A program made the translations under genes and the position numbers. The notes under the pieces are model-generated. The model searched no databases, had not been told where the DNA came from, and worked only from the letters and a program-made list of their open reading frames with translations. This document shows, piece after piece, positions 1 through 13,490 of a stretch of DNA of 64,000 nt; within the stretch, counting starts at the first letter, position 1; every line of letters starts with the position of its first letter. The stretch comes from Malacoraja senta. Lineage: Eukaryota. The stretch lies in assembly GCA_038087875.1 (NCBI GenBank), contig CM075992.1:11906001-11970000 (forward strand), written 5' to 3'.

Positions 1-1858
1 CATCATCTGTCCTGCCACCAGCACAAGCCTAACTGGGTCCCCTGCTAAGTGCGAGGAATTTACCACATTTTTCACCAGCAAGGTAAAGAACATAAGAATG
101 AATATTTCCCCTCCCACCCGTGACCTGGCTCTCTCATTGGTCTGTTCTTCAAAATTGGACTGTTTCCAAACCGTTACTCTACCCTCCCTTGTAAAACTGA
201 TCACCACCATGAAACCTACTACCTGTCCCCTCGACACTGTCCTCTCTGCCCTCCTAAAGGATGTCATTACAACAGCTGGTCCCAGCATCCTCGCCATCTT
301 CAACAGTTCTCTGGCCACTAGCACTGTACCTACCTGCTTCAAGCATGCGGTGGTCCAACCACTCCTGAAAAAACCTAACGTCGACCCCACCTTGCCAAGC
401 AACTACAGACCCATTTCTAAAATGCCTTTCCTCTCAAAAGCTCTTGAAAAGGTAATTTTAAGTCAACTTATACCTTACCTTCACCAAAACATTATCTTGG
501 AAACTTTCCAATCAGGTTTCAGGGCTCACCATAGCACAGAGTCTGCCTTGCTGAAGGTACACAATGAACTACTGCTCACCGTTGACTCCAGCGACTGTGC
601 AATTCTGCTCCTTCTTGACCTCAGCGCAGCATTTGATACAGTCGACCACACCATCCTAATTGACCGTCTCTGGTATGGGGTTGGTATTGATGGCACTGCC
701 CTGAGCTGGTTCATCTCCTACCTCAAAGGTAGGAGTTTCTCGACTAACATAGGCAACTCATTCTCCTCCCCAGTTAATCTCTGCTGTGGGGTTCCACAAG
801 GTTCCATCCTTGGCCCCATTCTCTTCTCCCTGTATATGCTCCCCTTAGGCCAAGTCATTGAAAGGCACGGCATTTCCTTCCATTGCTACGCAGACGATAC
901 ACAACTCTATCTCCCCCTGAAGCCCAAAAACCAATCAAATCTGTTTAGCCTTACCCACTGCCTCGAGGATATAAAGTGTTGGATGGCCCAGAACTTCCTC
1001 CAACTAAACGAGAGTAAGTCTGAGGTCATCCTTCTCGGCCCCTCGGACTCAATCAAAATGATAGCAGGCAGCCTTGGAAGCCTTACCCCACTACTCAAAC
1101 CTCACGTCAAAAACCTTGGCGTGATATTTGACTCAGCACTGAAATTTGACAAACAAGTCAATGCCGTGGTAAAAGCTAGCTTCTTTCAGCTTCGGACGAT
1201 AGCTAAAATAAATCAATTCCTCCAGTTTGATGACCTCGAAAAGATCATCCACACATTCATCTCCTCCCGCCTAGATTACTGCAACTCCCTTTACACTGCC
1301 ATCAGCCAATCTTCCCTGCCCCGCCTGCAACTGGTCCAAAATGCCACAGCGAGACTCCTGACGGGCACCCGAAAAAGGGACCACATCACCCCGATCCTGG
1401 CCTCTCTCCACTGGCTCCCTGTGCGGTTCCGTATAAACTTCAAGATCCTCCTCCATGTCGACAAAGCCCTCAATGGGCTTGCCCCTACCTACATAAAAAG
1501 TCTTCTCACCCACCACTCCACCTCCAGGCCCCTCAGATCGGCCGACTTAGGGTTGCTGAATATCCCACGGTCTAGGCATTAGGTCAGGGGCGACCGCGCC
1601 TTTGCGGTTGCAGCCCCTAGACTGTGGAACAGCATCCCCTTTCCCATCAGAACTGCCCCCTCCATCGACTCTTTTAAGTCAAGACTAAAGACTTATCTAT
1701 ACTCCCAAGCCTTTCCTGACGTCCTCTGAGTGAGGGCTACATGTATATATGTATGTAGTTTGTTTTGTTTGTGCTATTCTTATAACAAATGTAAAGCACT
1801 TTGGCCAACGAGAGTTGTTTTTTAAATGTGCTATATAAATAAATGTGACTTGACTTGA
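1..1858 (+). mobile_element. L2-clade LINE, 3' part (RT ORF 98-1582, one premature stop, frame continues to ~1728)
   Basis: RT motifs [43 protein letters not shown]. After the stop at 1580-1582 the frame continues as VRGDRAFAVAAPRLWNS. The 3' end has tgtaaagcactttgg...aataaa and a (GACTT)n tail. Confidence 0.9.
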
Positions 1859-2480
1859 TATGAGCAAAGAGGTCCTTCTGCAGTTGTATAGGGCCCTAGT
1901 GAGACCACACCTGGAGTATTGTGTACAATTTTGGTCCCCTAATTTGAGGAAGGACATTCTTGCTATTGAGGGAGTGCAGCGTAGGTTTACAAGGTTAATT
2001 CCTGGGATGGCGGGACTGTCATATGCTGAGAGAATGGAGCGGCTGGGCTTGTATACTCTGGAATTTAGAAGGATGAGAGGAGATCTTATTGAAACATGTA
2101 AGATTATTAAGGGTTTGGACACGCTAGAGGCAGGAAACATGTTCCCCATGTTGGGGGAGTCCTGAACCAGGGGCCACAGTTTCAGAATAAGGGGTAAGCC
2201 ATTTAGAACGGAAACGAGGAAACACTTTTTCCTCACAGAGAGTTGTGAGTCTGTGGAATTCTCTGCCTCAGAGGGCGGTGGAGGCCCGTTCTGTGGATAC
2301 TTTAAAGAGAGAGCTAGATAGGGCTCTTAAAGATAGCATATTCAGGGCATATGAGGAGAAGCCAGGAACGGGGTATTGATAGAGGATGATCAGCCATGAT
2401 CACATTAAATGGCGGTGCTGGCTCGTAGGGCCGAATGGCCTACTCCTGCACCTATTGTCTATTGTCTGTTGTCTATTGAT
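1859..2480 (+). mobile_element. CR1-clade LINE 3' end
   Basis: LQLYRALVRPHLEYCVQFWSP...RRMRGDLIE C-terminus, CR1 3' UTR gggccgaatggcctactcctgcacct and a (CTATTGT)n tail. The L2 abuts it mid-ORF. Confidence 0.9.
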
Positions 2481-2620
2481 TTTCCAATACTCCTCTATGT
2501 ACCTGAAACCAGCTGCTATGGCCTTGCCTCTTCCCATTCATGCCAAGTTCAAAGCACAGGCTCCCCAGTGAGGCAAAACAGTAAAGTATTAAATACAAAA
2601 ATATCAGTGTCAGCACCCAC

Positions 2621-2773
2621 CTTCGCAGCGTCTGCTGTCTGTGAAGTTACGTTGTTTGCTCAGGTGGAAATATCCTGCCTTACAGGTACAGTAGTAGCTT
2701 CCCACTGTGTTGTGACAATCAGTGTTGGGGCCACACACTGTTTGTGCAAAAATTCCAATACATTCATCTTCAT
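2621..2773 (-). CDS. Exon encoding a calcium-binding EGF domain, adhesion GPCR E family (CD97/EMR)-like
   Basis: 153 bp phase 1-1 exon with acceptor ctcctcctccatccag and donor G|gtgggt. Translates as (D)[50 protein letters not shown]: six Cys, the cbEGF D-x-D-E-C start, C-x-N-T-x-G-S-Y-x-C-x-C, and a long final loop with NFT as seen in EGF-TM7 receptors. Confidence 0.85.
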
Positions 2774-3269
2774 CTGGATGGAGGAGGAGAAAAAAGATCC
2801 ATGCTTTAATAAAAACCAAGAAGGGATGAGTGGTCTATTGCCCATGCCAGCCCTCACACTCCACAGCTGATCATTCCTGGTCCTATCGTGACCTGTCCCT
2901 CCATCTCCACCATCCCTTGATTCAATCAACATTCACAATGTCAGCCTGGTGTGTCCTCAACAACTGTGGCTCCACAGTGAGGAACAGGAAGACTCACAAC
3001 CTTCTGAACAAAGGGACCTTTCCTCAGCCCAGGCCTAAACGGACAAAGCCGCTGCCTCTCTGCTCCTCTGTTACTCCCACATCTACATCAGCAAACTTAG
3101 ATTCTTTCTGTTTTTTGTGAAGTGTGTTATGTCATTACAAGGAGTCTTGCCTACCCCTGCTTCTCACAATACCCCTCACTCCTCCCCCCACTTACCCCAC
3201 CTGGCCATCACCACATCCCTCCCAGTGGACCCCCTCCCCCTTCCGTTGTTCCCATCCCCCACTACTCTT

Positions 3270-3615
3270 CCCATATTGATTCACTCTTCACCTTGCTTTC
3301 CTATCAAATTCCAGAATCCGCAGCCTTTTCTTGTTTCCACATCACCTCCTGGTCCCTGTCTCTATTTCCACCCTTCCCATCCTCACTCCATCTACTAATT
3401 AACACTTCCTCATCTGTATCCACCTATCACTTGCCACACTTGCCCCAATCCCTTCCCCACTCTTTGCAGTGGCTATCTCCCTTCTATTCTTTCTGCCCAC
3501 ATGAACGTCAGAACCTGTCTATTTTCCACCAGAGATGCTGCCTGACCCACTGACAACTCTCCTTTTTTGTGCAAGATTCCAGCATCTGTGATCTCTCGTG
3601 CCTTCTGGACCACCT
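3270..3615 (+). mobile_element. Degenerate Penelope 3' end
   Basis: Matches the 3' region of the Penelope copies at 50010-50255 (ccagagatgctgcctgaccc..., ccagcatctg). Confidence 0.6.
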
Positions 3616-3932
3616 CATGTTTCACTCTCATTCAAATATTTATCACAAGAGAAATAGAACAATTTTCTTGGTCTTTTCACAATCGAAGGCTTTGGTGCGA
3701 TCTGAAAGTAAGGGAGGTTAGCTTTGTCCAAGCTTCCATTGCTGAGACACTGACTCTTGAGGCAATGCGATTCCGGAATGAGCAGTCTTCCCTTGATAGG
3801 GTTAGAGACACCTGGTGATTGAAGGTAGGGAGACTGGGAATCTTGAGGCAGAGTGAGGTACCCTGACCTTGCCTCAGCTTTCCCCATCTTGGCGTCATGG
3901 ATACGCGTTGAACCATCCATACCATCCGCCAT

Positions 3933-4510
3933 TCAGGAACTGCAGATGCTGGCTGATCGAAAAAGACACAAAGTGCTGGAGTAACTCAGCAGACCAGGTA
4001 GCATCACTGGAGAACAGGTACAGGTGACATTTCGGGTGGTTGTTGTGGGGGGGGGGGGGGTGGAAGAAAGCTGGAAGAGGATTTGGGGCAGGACAAAGTC
4101 TGGCAAGTGATATGTAGATACAAGTGGGGAAGGGGCTGATTGACAGATGATAGGACAAAGGCCAGGCATGAAAAGACAAACAATGTGAGATTACGATAGA
4201 AAAGGTTGAATGATAAAGCCATAGAAAGGTGTATAGATGGAAGGGGACGGAGGTGGAGAAATAGGTGAGAATCCGGCTTGGCCACAGGGTAGAGACGGGG
4301 AATAAAAGGGGGGAGCAAAAGGGAGAGGATTTTTTTCGGATTAGTTACCTCATATTGGAGAACACAATGTTCATGCCATTGGATTGTAAGTTAAAGCCAT
4401 ATACCAGATGCTGTTCCTCCAGTTTGCGCATGGCCTCACTCTGGCAATGGAGGATACCCAGGACAGGTCAGTATGGAAATGGGAAGGAGTTAAAATGGTT
4501 AGGAACCAGC
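3933..4510 (-). mobile_element. Penelope fragment (GIY-YIG C-terminus and 3' terminal repeat)
   Basis: Has the gaactgcagatgctgg...ctggagtaactcagc terminus; 4345-4500 resembles 14915-15080. Confidence 0.7.
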
Positions 4511-6344
4511 AGACAGTGCCCGAGGCCAGGATCAAACTCAGGTTCCTGGCGCTGTGAATCAGCAGCTCTGTCAGTCGTGCCACTGTGCCACTAATAAACT
4601 ATATCACATGTGCTGATATACGATGTATATCGTTGTATCATGGGTTATCCAGTCAAATCACATACATAGGTACAACAGGTGGTGCAAAAAGAGAAAGAAA
4701 ACAGAGTGCTGAATATAATGTTACAGCTACAGAGAAAGTGCAGCCAAGAAAAAGTGCAAGAGCTGTAACAAGGTGGAATGTGTTTCAGGCACAAAACTTG
4801 CCACACGCATCTCCTTTAAACTTTGCTTCTCTCACCTTAAAGATACGCCCTCCAGTATTTGATATTTCCATCTGCCATTTCTCCTCAGATCCCTGTAGCT
4901 GATCTATATCCCACTGTATACTTTGACAGCCTTCCTACAGTCTGTGACTCCTGCAATCGTGGTGTCATCTGCAAATTTACTAAATACCCAATAACATTCA
5001 CATCCAAGTCATTTATATATATCACAAACAGCATAGGTCCCAGAACAGATCCCTGTGGGACTCCACTTGTCACAGACCTCCAACCTGAATATTGTGTTTC
5101 CGCCACAGTCCTCTGTCTTCTATCTGTAAGGCAATTCTGAATCCATATGACCAAGTCACTGTTTATCCCATGCATCATAATGTTCTGAATCAACAAACCA
5201 TGGGACCTTTATCAAATGCCTTACTAAAATCCATGTAGACAACAACCACTGCTCTACCCTCATTAATCATCTTCATCAACTCCACAAAAGACGACATGAA
5301 GTTAGTAAGACACAATCTAGCATGAACAAAGCCACGCTGACTGTCTATCTTACCCATTCTCTTCCAAATGGGTGTAAATCTGTTACTGAGAAATTCTGTC
5401 CAATATCTTCCTCGCTGATGTGAGGCTTATTGAGCTAAACTCCCTGGATTCTCTCTACTTCCCTTCTTACACAAAGGAACAACATTAGTGACCCTTCAGT
5501 CTTCTGGGATGTCGTCAGTGCTTAGAGAAGATGCAAAGATCTTTGTCAAGGCTCCTGCTCTCTTGTTGCTTTCAATAACCTGGGATAAATCCTATCAGGC
5601 CCTGGGTATTCATGCACCTTAATGGTCTTTAAGAGTCCCAACACCTCCTCTTTCTTGATCTCAAACTGCTCTTGCATATTAGTATTCTCCACACTGATCC
5701 TCCATGTCTTTGGTGTAAAGAGATGCAATATACTTGTTTATTTACTTGACCCTTGACCAAGTACAAGTTCCCTCCCTTATCCTTGAGTGGCCCAACCTAA
5801 TCCCTGCTGACCCTTGTTTTTAAATGTAGGTAGAAAATGTAGGGTTTACTTTAATCTGATTTGCCAAAGTCAATTTGTGGCCCCTTTTGGCCCTTCTAAT
5901 TGCCTGCTTGAGTTCTTTGCTCCTTGATTTACATTCCTTTAAATAATTCCTTTAATTCTGTCTTAAACTTGCATACAGTTGTTCTTTCCTTTTGACCCAA
6001 TTTACAACCTCTTCAGTCATACTAAGTTCTCTTACTTTGCAATCCTTATCCCTCCTGCTTACTGGAACATGCCGGTCCTGAAATTTAATCAAATGGCCTT
6101 TAAATGACTGCCACATGTCAATGTGGACTTACTAACAACTGTTTCCAATATTACCTCCTGAGCTCCCGTCTAATAACAACATAATGTGCAAATCCAATTT
6201 AGTACCTTACAGCAAAGTCCAAATTTATCCCAATATAAAACAAACTAAAACATACGGAGTCATGATCAATATCCCCAAAATGCTCTTCCACCGTAACACC
6301 AGTCACTTGGCCTGATTGTTTTCCCAACACATGGAAAAGTATGT

Positions 6345-6790
6345 TTAAGAAGGAACTGCAGATGCTGGAAAATCGAAAGTAGACAAAAATGCCGGAGAAA
6401 CTCAGCGGGTAAGGCAGCATCTATGGAGCGAAGGAAATAGGCAACGTTTCGGGTCAAAACCCTTCTTCAGACTGATGTGACAGTGGAGGGGGGGGGGAAG
6501 AAAGGAAGAGGTGGAGCTAGAGGGCTGAGGGAGAGCTGAGAAGGGGAGGAGAAAGTAAGGACTACCTGAAATTAGAGGAGTCAATGTTCATATCGCTGGG
6601 GTGCAAACTGCCCGAGCGAAATATGAGGTGCTGCTCTTCCAATTTATGGTGGTCCTCACTCTGGCCATGGAGGAGGCCCAGGACAGAAAGGTCAGATTCA
6701 GAATGGGAGGGGGAGTTTAAGTGCTGAGCCACCGGGAGATCAGGTTGGTGATTGCGAACCTAGCGGAGGTGTTCGGCGAAGCGATCGCGA
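6345..6790 (-). mobile_element. 5'-truncated Penelope insertion
   Basis: Very similar to 14686-15140. Flanked by the repeated host sequence atggaaaagtatgtt (6330-6344 and 6795-6809), consistent with a target-site duplication. Confidence 0.85.
6441..6473 (-). ncRNA. Minimal type I hammerhead ribozyme motif in a Penelope end
   Basis: Minus strand reads CTGAAGA-A-GGGTTTTGACCC-GAAAC-GTT. Confidence 0.6.
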
Positions 6791-8089
6791 AATAATGGAA
6801 AAGTATGTTCTCTTCTCGGGATGGACTATCCATGTACTGTTTCAAGAAACCATTGTGGATCTAGCTCACAAATTCTGCCCTGTCTAAACTATTGGTACTC
6901 AGTAAGTCCCAATCCATATGGGGAAGTTAAAGTCATCTACTGAGATAACCCTGTGAGTTTGACATCTTTCCGTCTTCATATTTGTTCTACTATGTCCTGC
7001 TGGCTATTGAGGGACCTAGGGAGCTGGAGTAACTCAGCAAGACAGGCAGTATCTCTGGAGAACATGGATAGGAGACGTTTCAGGTTGGGATCCTATCCAT
7101 GTTCTCCAGAAATGCTACATTATCCACCGAGTTACTTTAGCATTTTGTCTCATTTTGTTCTTCGTTTGTCCTTTCTTTGAGGCGTGCTGGTTATAACCTC
7201 CACCTTACCCATAGTCCTTCTACATGCTGACCTTCTATTCTGATGCCAGCCCCACTGCTTCTCTCATTTAAACCCTCCTGAGTAGCACGTGGATATTGAG
7301 TACAAGGATTATAGGTCCCATCCAGTTCAGGTGCAACCTGTCCCTCTCGCAAAGGTGACGTCTGCCCTAAAGAGATCAATATGGTCTAAAAATCTGCCAT
7401 CTGCCCCCTGAGCCACGCATTCATCTGTCCTATCTGTCCGTTCCTACCCTCACTTACATGTGGCACGGGAGTAATCTGGTGAGTAGGTCCTGCTTTTTAA
7501 TCTTTTGCCTAACTTCCTATAAACATTCTACAGGACCTCATCCCTTTTCCTACCCATGTCATTTGTGGAAGACATTCACTGTTTCCAGCTGCTTATCCTC
7601 CCCCTTGAGAATGATCTGCAGCCACTTAGAGACATCCAGGATCCTGGCACCTGGGAGTCAACACACCATTCTGGAGTCTCGTTTGCTGCCATAAAGAGTT
7701 GTTAGTGGGTAGACATTTCAAGAGCATGTGGATGATTTACCACAATTGTTCATTCCTGTGTAAAAATAGCAAACCAATTAATGATAGAATTTTGTACTGT
7801 CTTTGCAAAGGAGGATACTAATGATCTCCAAGAAATGTTGAGGAATACAAGGTCCACGTAAAGGGAAGGAACCAAATAAAAGCCGTACTATTGGGGAATT
7901 TGGGGTATTGTAGGGATAGCAGACTGATAAATTGCCTGGGCCCGGTATCTGCATCCCGGAGTAATTTAGGAAGTGATCCTTAAAAGAGCAAATGTGTTAA
8001 TTTCAGGAATAGTTGCAATTGAAAGGAGAAGGTCACAATATTAAAAGGTCAGAAGGTCATATTTAGGGAGCAACTGACATTAGGAACAA

Positions 8090-8820
8090 GGAGTGGAACT
8101 TTTAAGTCAGCAGCCACTTCATGACACATTAAGTTTTGTAGCTGAAAGCAGTTCGCATCCTGGAGTGACTGCTACTAGCGGATGCATGATAAGGAAGGCA
8201 GACACTAGAGGAGCGGCCTGTTGGGAGTGACTGTGCTGAAGGTAACTGCGAGGCTTTAGCTCGACAGGGTTTGGTGTGGCGGGTGATGGTGGGATAAGGT
8301 GTGGTCAGTGCTTTTTCTTTCTTTCGTAAATCTTCTGTTGTCTAGTACTGTAGAGACGGCAGTTAGGGGAGGAGGAGAGGAGGCATCTTCCTCCTGCAGG
8401 ATGTGGGAAGTCAGGGAGACTTACAGTGTTCCTGAGGACTACACCTGGGTGAGGTGTGCCCAGCTGCAGGTCCTTACAGGTGGTGTTAGGGCACTGGAGC
8501 AGCAGCTGGATGACCAAGGGATCATCTGGGAGACTGAGGAGGTCATAGATAGCACAGTCACAGTTAGGTGGTCATGCCGAGAATATGGGCAGATTGTAGA
8601 TGGATGATCACCAGGAAAGGGAGCAGGCAGAGAGTGCAGTAATCCCCTGTGGCCATTCCCCTTGACAACAGGTATGCTCTTTTGGATACTATTTAGTAGG
8701 GGGATGTCTGGTCAGGGGAGAGCAGCAGCAGTCAGGTCTGTAACATTGGGCGTGGGTCTGAGTCACAGCATGGAAGGGTGAAGACAGGCAGAGCCAAGGT
8801 GATAGGGGACTTGAATGGAG
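8090..8820 (+). mobile_element. CR1 5' region / ORF1 remnant
   Basis: SSCRMWEVRETYSVPEDYTWVRCAQLQVLTGGVRALEQQLDD resembles the zinc-finger/leucine-zipper region of CR1 ORF1. Confidence 0.6.
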
Positions 8821-9049
8821 AAACAAGGGACTGCATGTGCTGGTTTATGATAAAAGACACAAAGGGCTGCAGTAACTAACTCAATGTGTTAGGCAGCATG
8901 TTTCAGTTTGGGATCCTTCATCAGACCTTTCAAACTTCAGGATCTTTCTTCAGATTAAATATTTTAAATGGCCTCTGCAATCAGTGTTCCTGACCTGAAA
9001 TGTCACCTATTGAAGTTCTCCAGAGATGCTGCCTGACCTGCTGAGTTAC

Positions 9050-9890
9050 TTTATGGCCATGTGTAGTACTGACCAGTTTTGGTCATCCAGCCACAGGAAT
9101 GATGTCATTAAGTTGGAAAGCAGACAGAGAAGGTTTTCAAGGATATTACCATGACTTTAGGGGGTGAGCTATAGGGAGAGGTTGGGCAGTCTAGGAGTTT
9201 ATTGCTTGGAGCGTAGGAGGCTGGAGGTTGATCCTCCAGAGATGTAGGAAGTCAGAAAGGATTTAGGTTGACACAGCTGGTCGAGCTGCTGCCTCACGGT
9301 GCCAGAGACCGAGGTTCGATCCAGACCTAGGTTCGATCCTGACCTTGGGTGTCATCTGTGTGAAGTTTGCACGTTCTCCCTGTGACTGTGTGGGATTACT
9401 TTGGCTTCTCCGGTTTCCTCCCTCATCCCAACGATGTGCAGGTTTGCAGTTGAATTGGCCCTTTGCAAATTCCCCCCAGTGTGTAGGGAGAGGATGAGAA
9501 AGTGGGACAAAACAGAACTCATGTGAATGAGTGATCAATGGTCAGCATAGTCTTGGTGGACTAAAGAGCCTGTTTTCATGCTGCATCACTAAACCAAATA
9601 GATACAGTGAATGCACAGTCTTTTACCCACAGCAGGGGAATCAAAAACAAGGAGACGTGTTTATGGTAACACAAACCTGAGGGAGGCTTGTTCACTCAAG
9701 GATGGTGGGGATATGGAATGAGCTGCCAGAGGAGGTAGTTGAGACAGGTGCTATCAACATTTAAACACACTTCGACAGGTAGATGGATAGGAAAGGTTGA
9801 GTAGGATATGAGACAAACGTGGCCAAATGTGAAGAACTTTGATCAGCATGGACAAGTTGGGCCGAAGGGCCTGTTTTCATGCTCTGATAA
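9050..9890 (+). mobile_element. CR1 3' end, split by a SINE
   Basis: Degenerate RT C-terminus at 9050-9260 resumes at ~9600 and ends in gggccgaagggcctgttttcatgct. Confidence 0.7.
9268..9600 (+). mobile_element. tRNA-derived V-SINE (HE1-like)
   Basis: B-box ggttcgatcc (locally duplicated), V-core tgtgtgaagtttgcacgttctccc...ccggtttcctcc, and a CR1-like 3' tail. Confidence 0.8.
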
Positions 9891-9915
9891 ATGGAGAGGC
9901 TGTATTAATTAGGGC

Positions 9916-12900
9916 CACCTTCTGCCGCCAGCGGTATGAGTAAAATGGCGGCGGTGCGGGCACATCGCGACGCCCCGTGTCTCCCAAGAATCCGAGAAAT
10001 TGAAGAAATTGCGACAATTCCCCTACCTGTCTCAAGGCTGCTCACACGGAGCAGTCTTGCATCCGTTTTGTACAGCCGACAGGAACTTCTGGACTTCGGT
10101 TCAACAACTTTCTGCTCGATCTCCGTCTCGCTCCTGAGCTAGTCAGAGCAGCGGAGCCGCGGGGCGGCAGAACACCAGCGCGCACCAAGCCAGCTCGGCC
10201 GACCGGAAGCACCAACAGAGGGCGCCGTGAACGAAAGAACCGCCGGGGATGCAGAGGTGGGTTAAAGGCCAGGTTAGAGCTCGCCCCACACAGGCTAGCG
10301 ATTCCTAGCCTTTTCCTCGCCAACGTGCGCTCACTGGCAAACAAAATGGACGAACTCCGGCTAAGGATCACCTCCCACAACTGGATCAAAGACTGCAGCA
10401 TCTTGATCCACACTGAAACTTGGCTCAACACCGACGTTCCTGACAGCGCCATCCAGCTAACGGGGTGGCATTTACTCCGAGCGGACAGGACAATAGACTC
10501 CGGTAAGACCAGAGGTGGGGGTCTGTGTATTTATGTAAACAAAGCATGGTGCACGGACACCACCATCATCGAGAGTCACTGCTCAGCTAACCTAGAGTTC
10601 CTCTTGGTTAGATGCAGACCGTTCTATCTGCCCAGAGAATTTACCTCCACTGTTGTGACTGCAGCCTATATTCCTCCTGATGCTAATGCCTAGCTTGCAA
10701 TGAAAGATCTGGTAACTGCCATTAGCAAACAACAGACTCACAACCCCGAGGCAGCCTTCATTGTTGCGGGTGACTTCAATCACTCCAACCTGAAGACTGT
10801 ACTCCCCAAATTCCACCAACATGTCTCCTTCGCCACTAGAGAAGACAAGACACTGGACAAAGTCTACACCAACATGGCTGAAGCTTACAAAGCCGTCCCC
10901 CTCCCCCACCTTGGACAGTCTGATCACCTCTCATTGTTCCTGCTCCCAAAGTACTCCCCACTCATCAGACGGGTTAAACCCACTGTGAGCACAGTTAAAG
11001 TCTGGTCAGAGGAGGCGGACTCCACACTTTAGCAGTGTTTTGGAAACACTGACTGGAAGGCGTTTGCAGCCCAGGCCACCCTTGACTCCCACACGGACAT
11101 TGACTCCTATACATCCTCTGTTCTGGACTTTATAAACTCCACCATCAACAGTGTCGCCTCCCTCAAACGGGTGACCATATTCCCGAATCAGAAGCCATGG
11201 ATGACAGCGAGGTCAGGCTACTGCTGAAAGCACGGGACACCGCTTTCAGGTCAGGCGATGCCCGAGCCTACAGTTCATCCAGGGCTAACCTGAAGAGGGG
11301 CATAAAGAAGGCCAAGCACTGCCATAAGCTCAGGATTGAGGAGCACTTCAACAACAACTCTGACCCCCGACGCATGTGGCAAGGCATCCAGGCCATCACG
11401 GACTTTAGACCCACCAACACCACCCCCACATCCAGCAACGCCTCCTTCCTTGAGGAGCTTAACCACTTCTATGGCCGCTTCGATAGGGACAATCTAGAGA
11501 TGGCCATCAAGGCGGTGCTCCCTGCCGATCACCAGCCCCTCACACTCACCCCCTACGACGTGTACGTGGCACTGAGTAGGACTAATGCACGTAAGGCTGC
11601 TGGCCCAGACGGCATCCCCGGGCGCGTCCTCAGGGCCTGTGCTGCGCAGCTGACAGACGTCTGGACTGACATCTTCAACCTGTCACTTGCCCAAGCAGTT
11701 GTGCCCACATGCCTTAAATCCACCTCCATCGTGCCGGTGCCAAAACACTCCACTGCGGCAAGCCTCAACGACTTCCGCCCAGTTGCACTTACTCCCGTCA
11801 TCACCAAGTGCTTCGAGAGGCTGGTCCTAGCACACCTCAAAGGCTGCCTACCCCCCACATTGGATCCCTATCAGTTTGCCTACCGCAAGAACAGGAGTAC
11901 GGAGGATGCCATCTCAACGGCACTTCACTCCGCCCTCTCCCGCCTCGACAACAGAGACACTTACGTAAGAATGCTGTTCATCGATTACAGCTCAGCATTC
12001 AACACCATCATACCCTCTAAACTGATCACCAACTCGGTGACCTGGGCATCGACCCCTCCCTCTGCAACTGGATACTGGACTTTCTAACCAACAGACCCCA
12101 GTCTGTTAGGTTAGACAAGCACACCTCTTCAACCCTCACCCTGGCGTTCCACAGGGCTGTGTGCTGAGCCCCCTCCTCTACTCCCACTTCACCTATGACT
12201 GCACACCTGTACATGGTACTAACACCATCATCAAGTATGCAGATGATACAACGGTGATTGGCCTCATCAGCAACAATGATGAGTCGGCCTATAGGGAGGA
12301 GGTCCAGCTCCTAGCAGCATGGTGCGCTGACAACAACCTGGCCCTTAACTCCACGAAGACCAAAGAGCTCATTGTAGACTTCAGGAAGTCTAGGGGCGGC
12401 ACGCACACCCCCATCCACATTAACGGGACGGAGGTGGAACGTGTTTCCAGCTTCAGGTTCCTGGGGGTCAACATCTCCAATGACCTCTCTTGCACCCACA
12501 ATACCTCAACTCTGGTCAAGAAGGCTCACCAGCGTCTCTTCTTCCTGAGGAGACTAAAGAAGGTCCATCTGTCTCCTCAGATTCTGGTGAACTTCTACCG
12601 CTGCACCATCGAGACCATCCTTACCAACTGTATCACAGTATGGTATGGCAACTGCTCTGTCTCTGACCGGAAAGCACTGCAGAGGATGGTGAAAATTGCC
12701 CAACGCATCACCGGTTCCTCACTCCCCTCCATTGAGTCTGTCCAAAGCAAGCGTTGTCTGCGAAGGGCACTCAGCATCGCCAAGGACTGCTCTCACCCCA
12801 ACCACAGACTGTTTACCCTCCTACCATCCGGGAGGCACTACAGGTCTCTCCGTTGTCGGACCAGCAGGTCCAGGAACAGCTTCTTCCCTGCGGCTGTTAC

Positions 12901-13083
12901 ACTACTCAACACTGTGACCCCGGTGACTGCCCCCTCCCCACGGACACTCCTCCCACCAGGATTTATTAGATGTATTTATTGCTCATATTTATGTCGCTCT
13001 TCTAGGGAGATGCTAACTGCATTTCGTTGTCTCTGTACTGTACACTGCACAATGACAATAAAGTTGAATCTGAATCTGAATCT
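9916..13083 (+). mobile_element. Near full-length Rex1/Babar-type LINE (APE endonuclease + RT), lightly disrupted
   Basis: APE motifs NVRSLANKMDEL, TETWL, GGGLCIYVNKAWC, YIPP, AGDFNH. RT motifs [45 protein letters not shown]. Ends with aataaa and (GAATCT)n. A few stops and frameshifts. Confidence 0.9.
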
Positions 13084-13102
13084 TCATTAGAATTTAGGAG
13101 AA

Positions 13103-13490
13103 AAAAAAAGAAAAAAAAATTGAGGTCAGGTAAGGGGGGGGATGATAGTTGAAGAGTTGGTATGTCCCATTTACGTAATGCTCATAAAAATATTTGTTTC
13201 TCTCTTTTTCCTCTTTCTCTCTCTCTTTCTTTCCTAGGGTCTATTTCTTAACTCTTTTTCTTTTGTTTTTAATTTTGCTCTTATAGGGTCTTCGTCCTTT
13301 TTTGTTGTCACATTTCCTACACTTTCACTTTTTCCTTCACTTTCTTCTTTCTTTCAATCTTTTCCTTTTCTAGTGTAAAAAATAAATGGAGTACATTAAT
13401 TGTAAGAAGATATAAATGACGAGTACTAATGTATGTGGTTGTAATGTAATGTACTTCTAATAAATAAAAATTAAAAAAAAAAAAAAAAAA
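13103..13490 (+). mobile_element. Poly(A)-tailed retroposed 3' UTR (L1/Tx1-like) with target-site duplication
   Basis: Pyrimidine-rich non-coding body, aataaa, and a poly(A) run at 13473-13490. TTAGGAGAA occurs on both sides (13094-13102 and 13491-13499). Confidence 0.7.

Larger units (their letters stand above)
4870..7695 (-). mobile_element. Old CR1-clade LINE, interrupted by Penelope pieces at ~6345-6790 and ~7020-7150
   Basis: [27 protein letters not shown] (4885-5196) and PGPDRIYPRLLK (5546-5728), with endonuclease and ORF1-region remnants further along. Many stops and frameshifts. Confidence 0.75.
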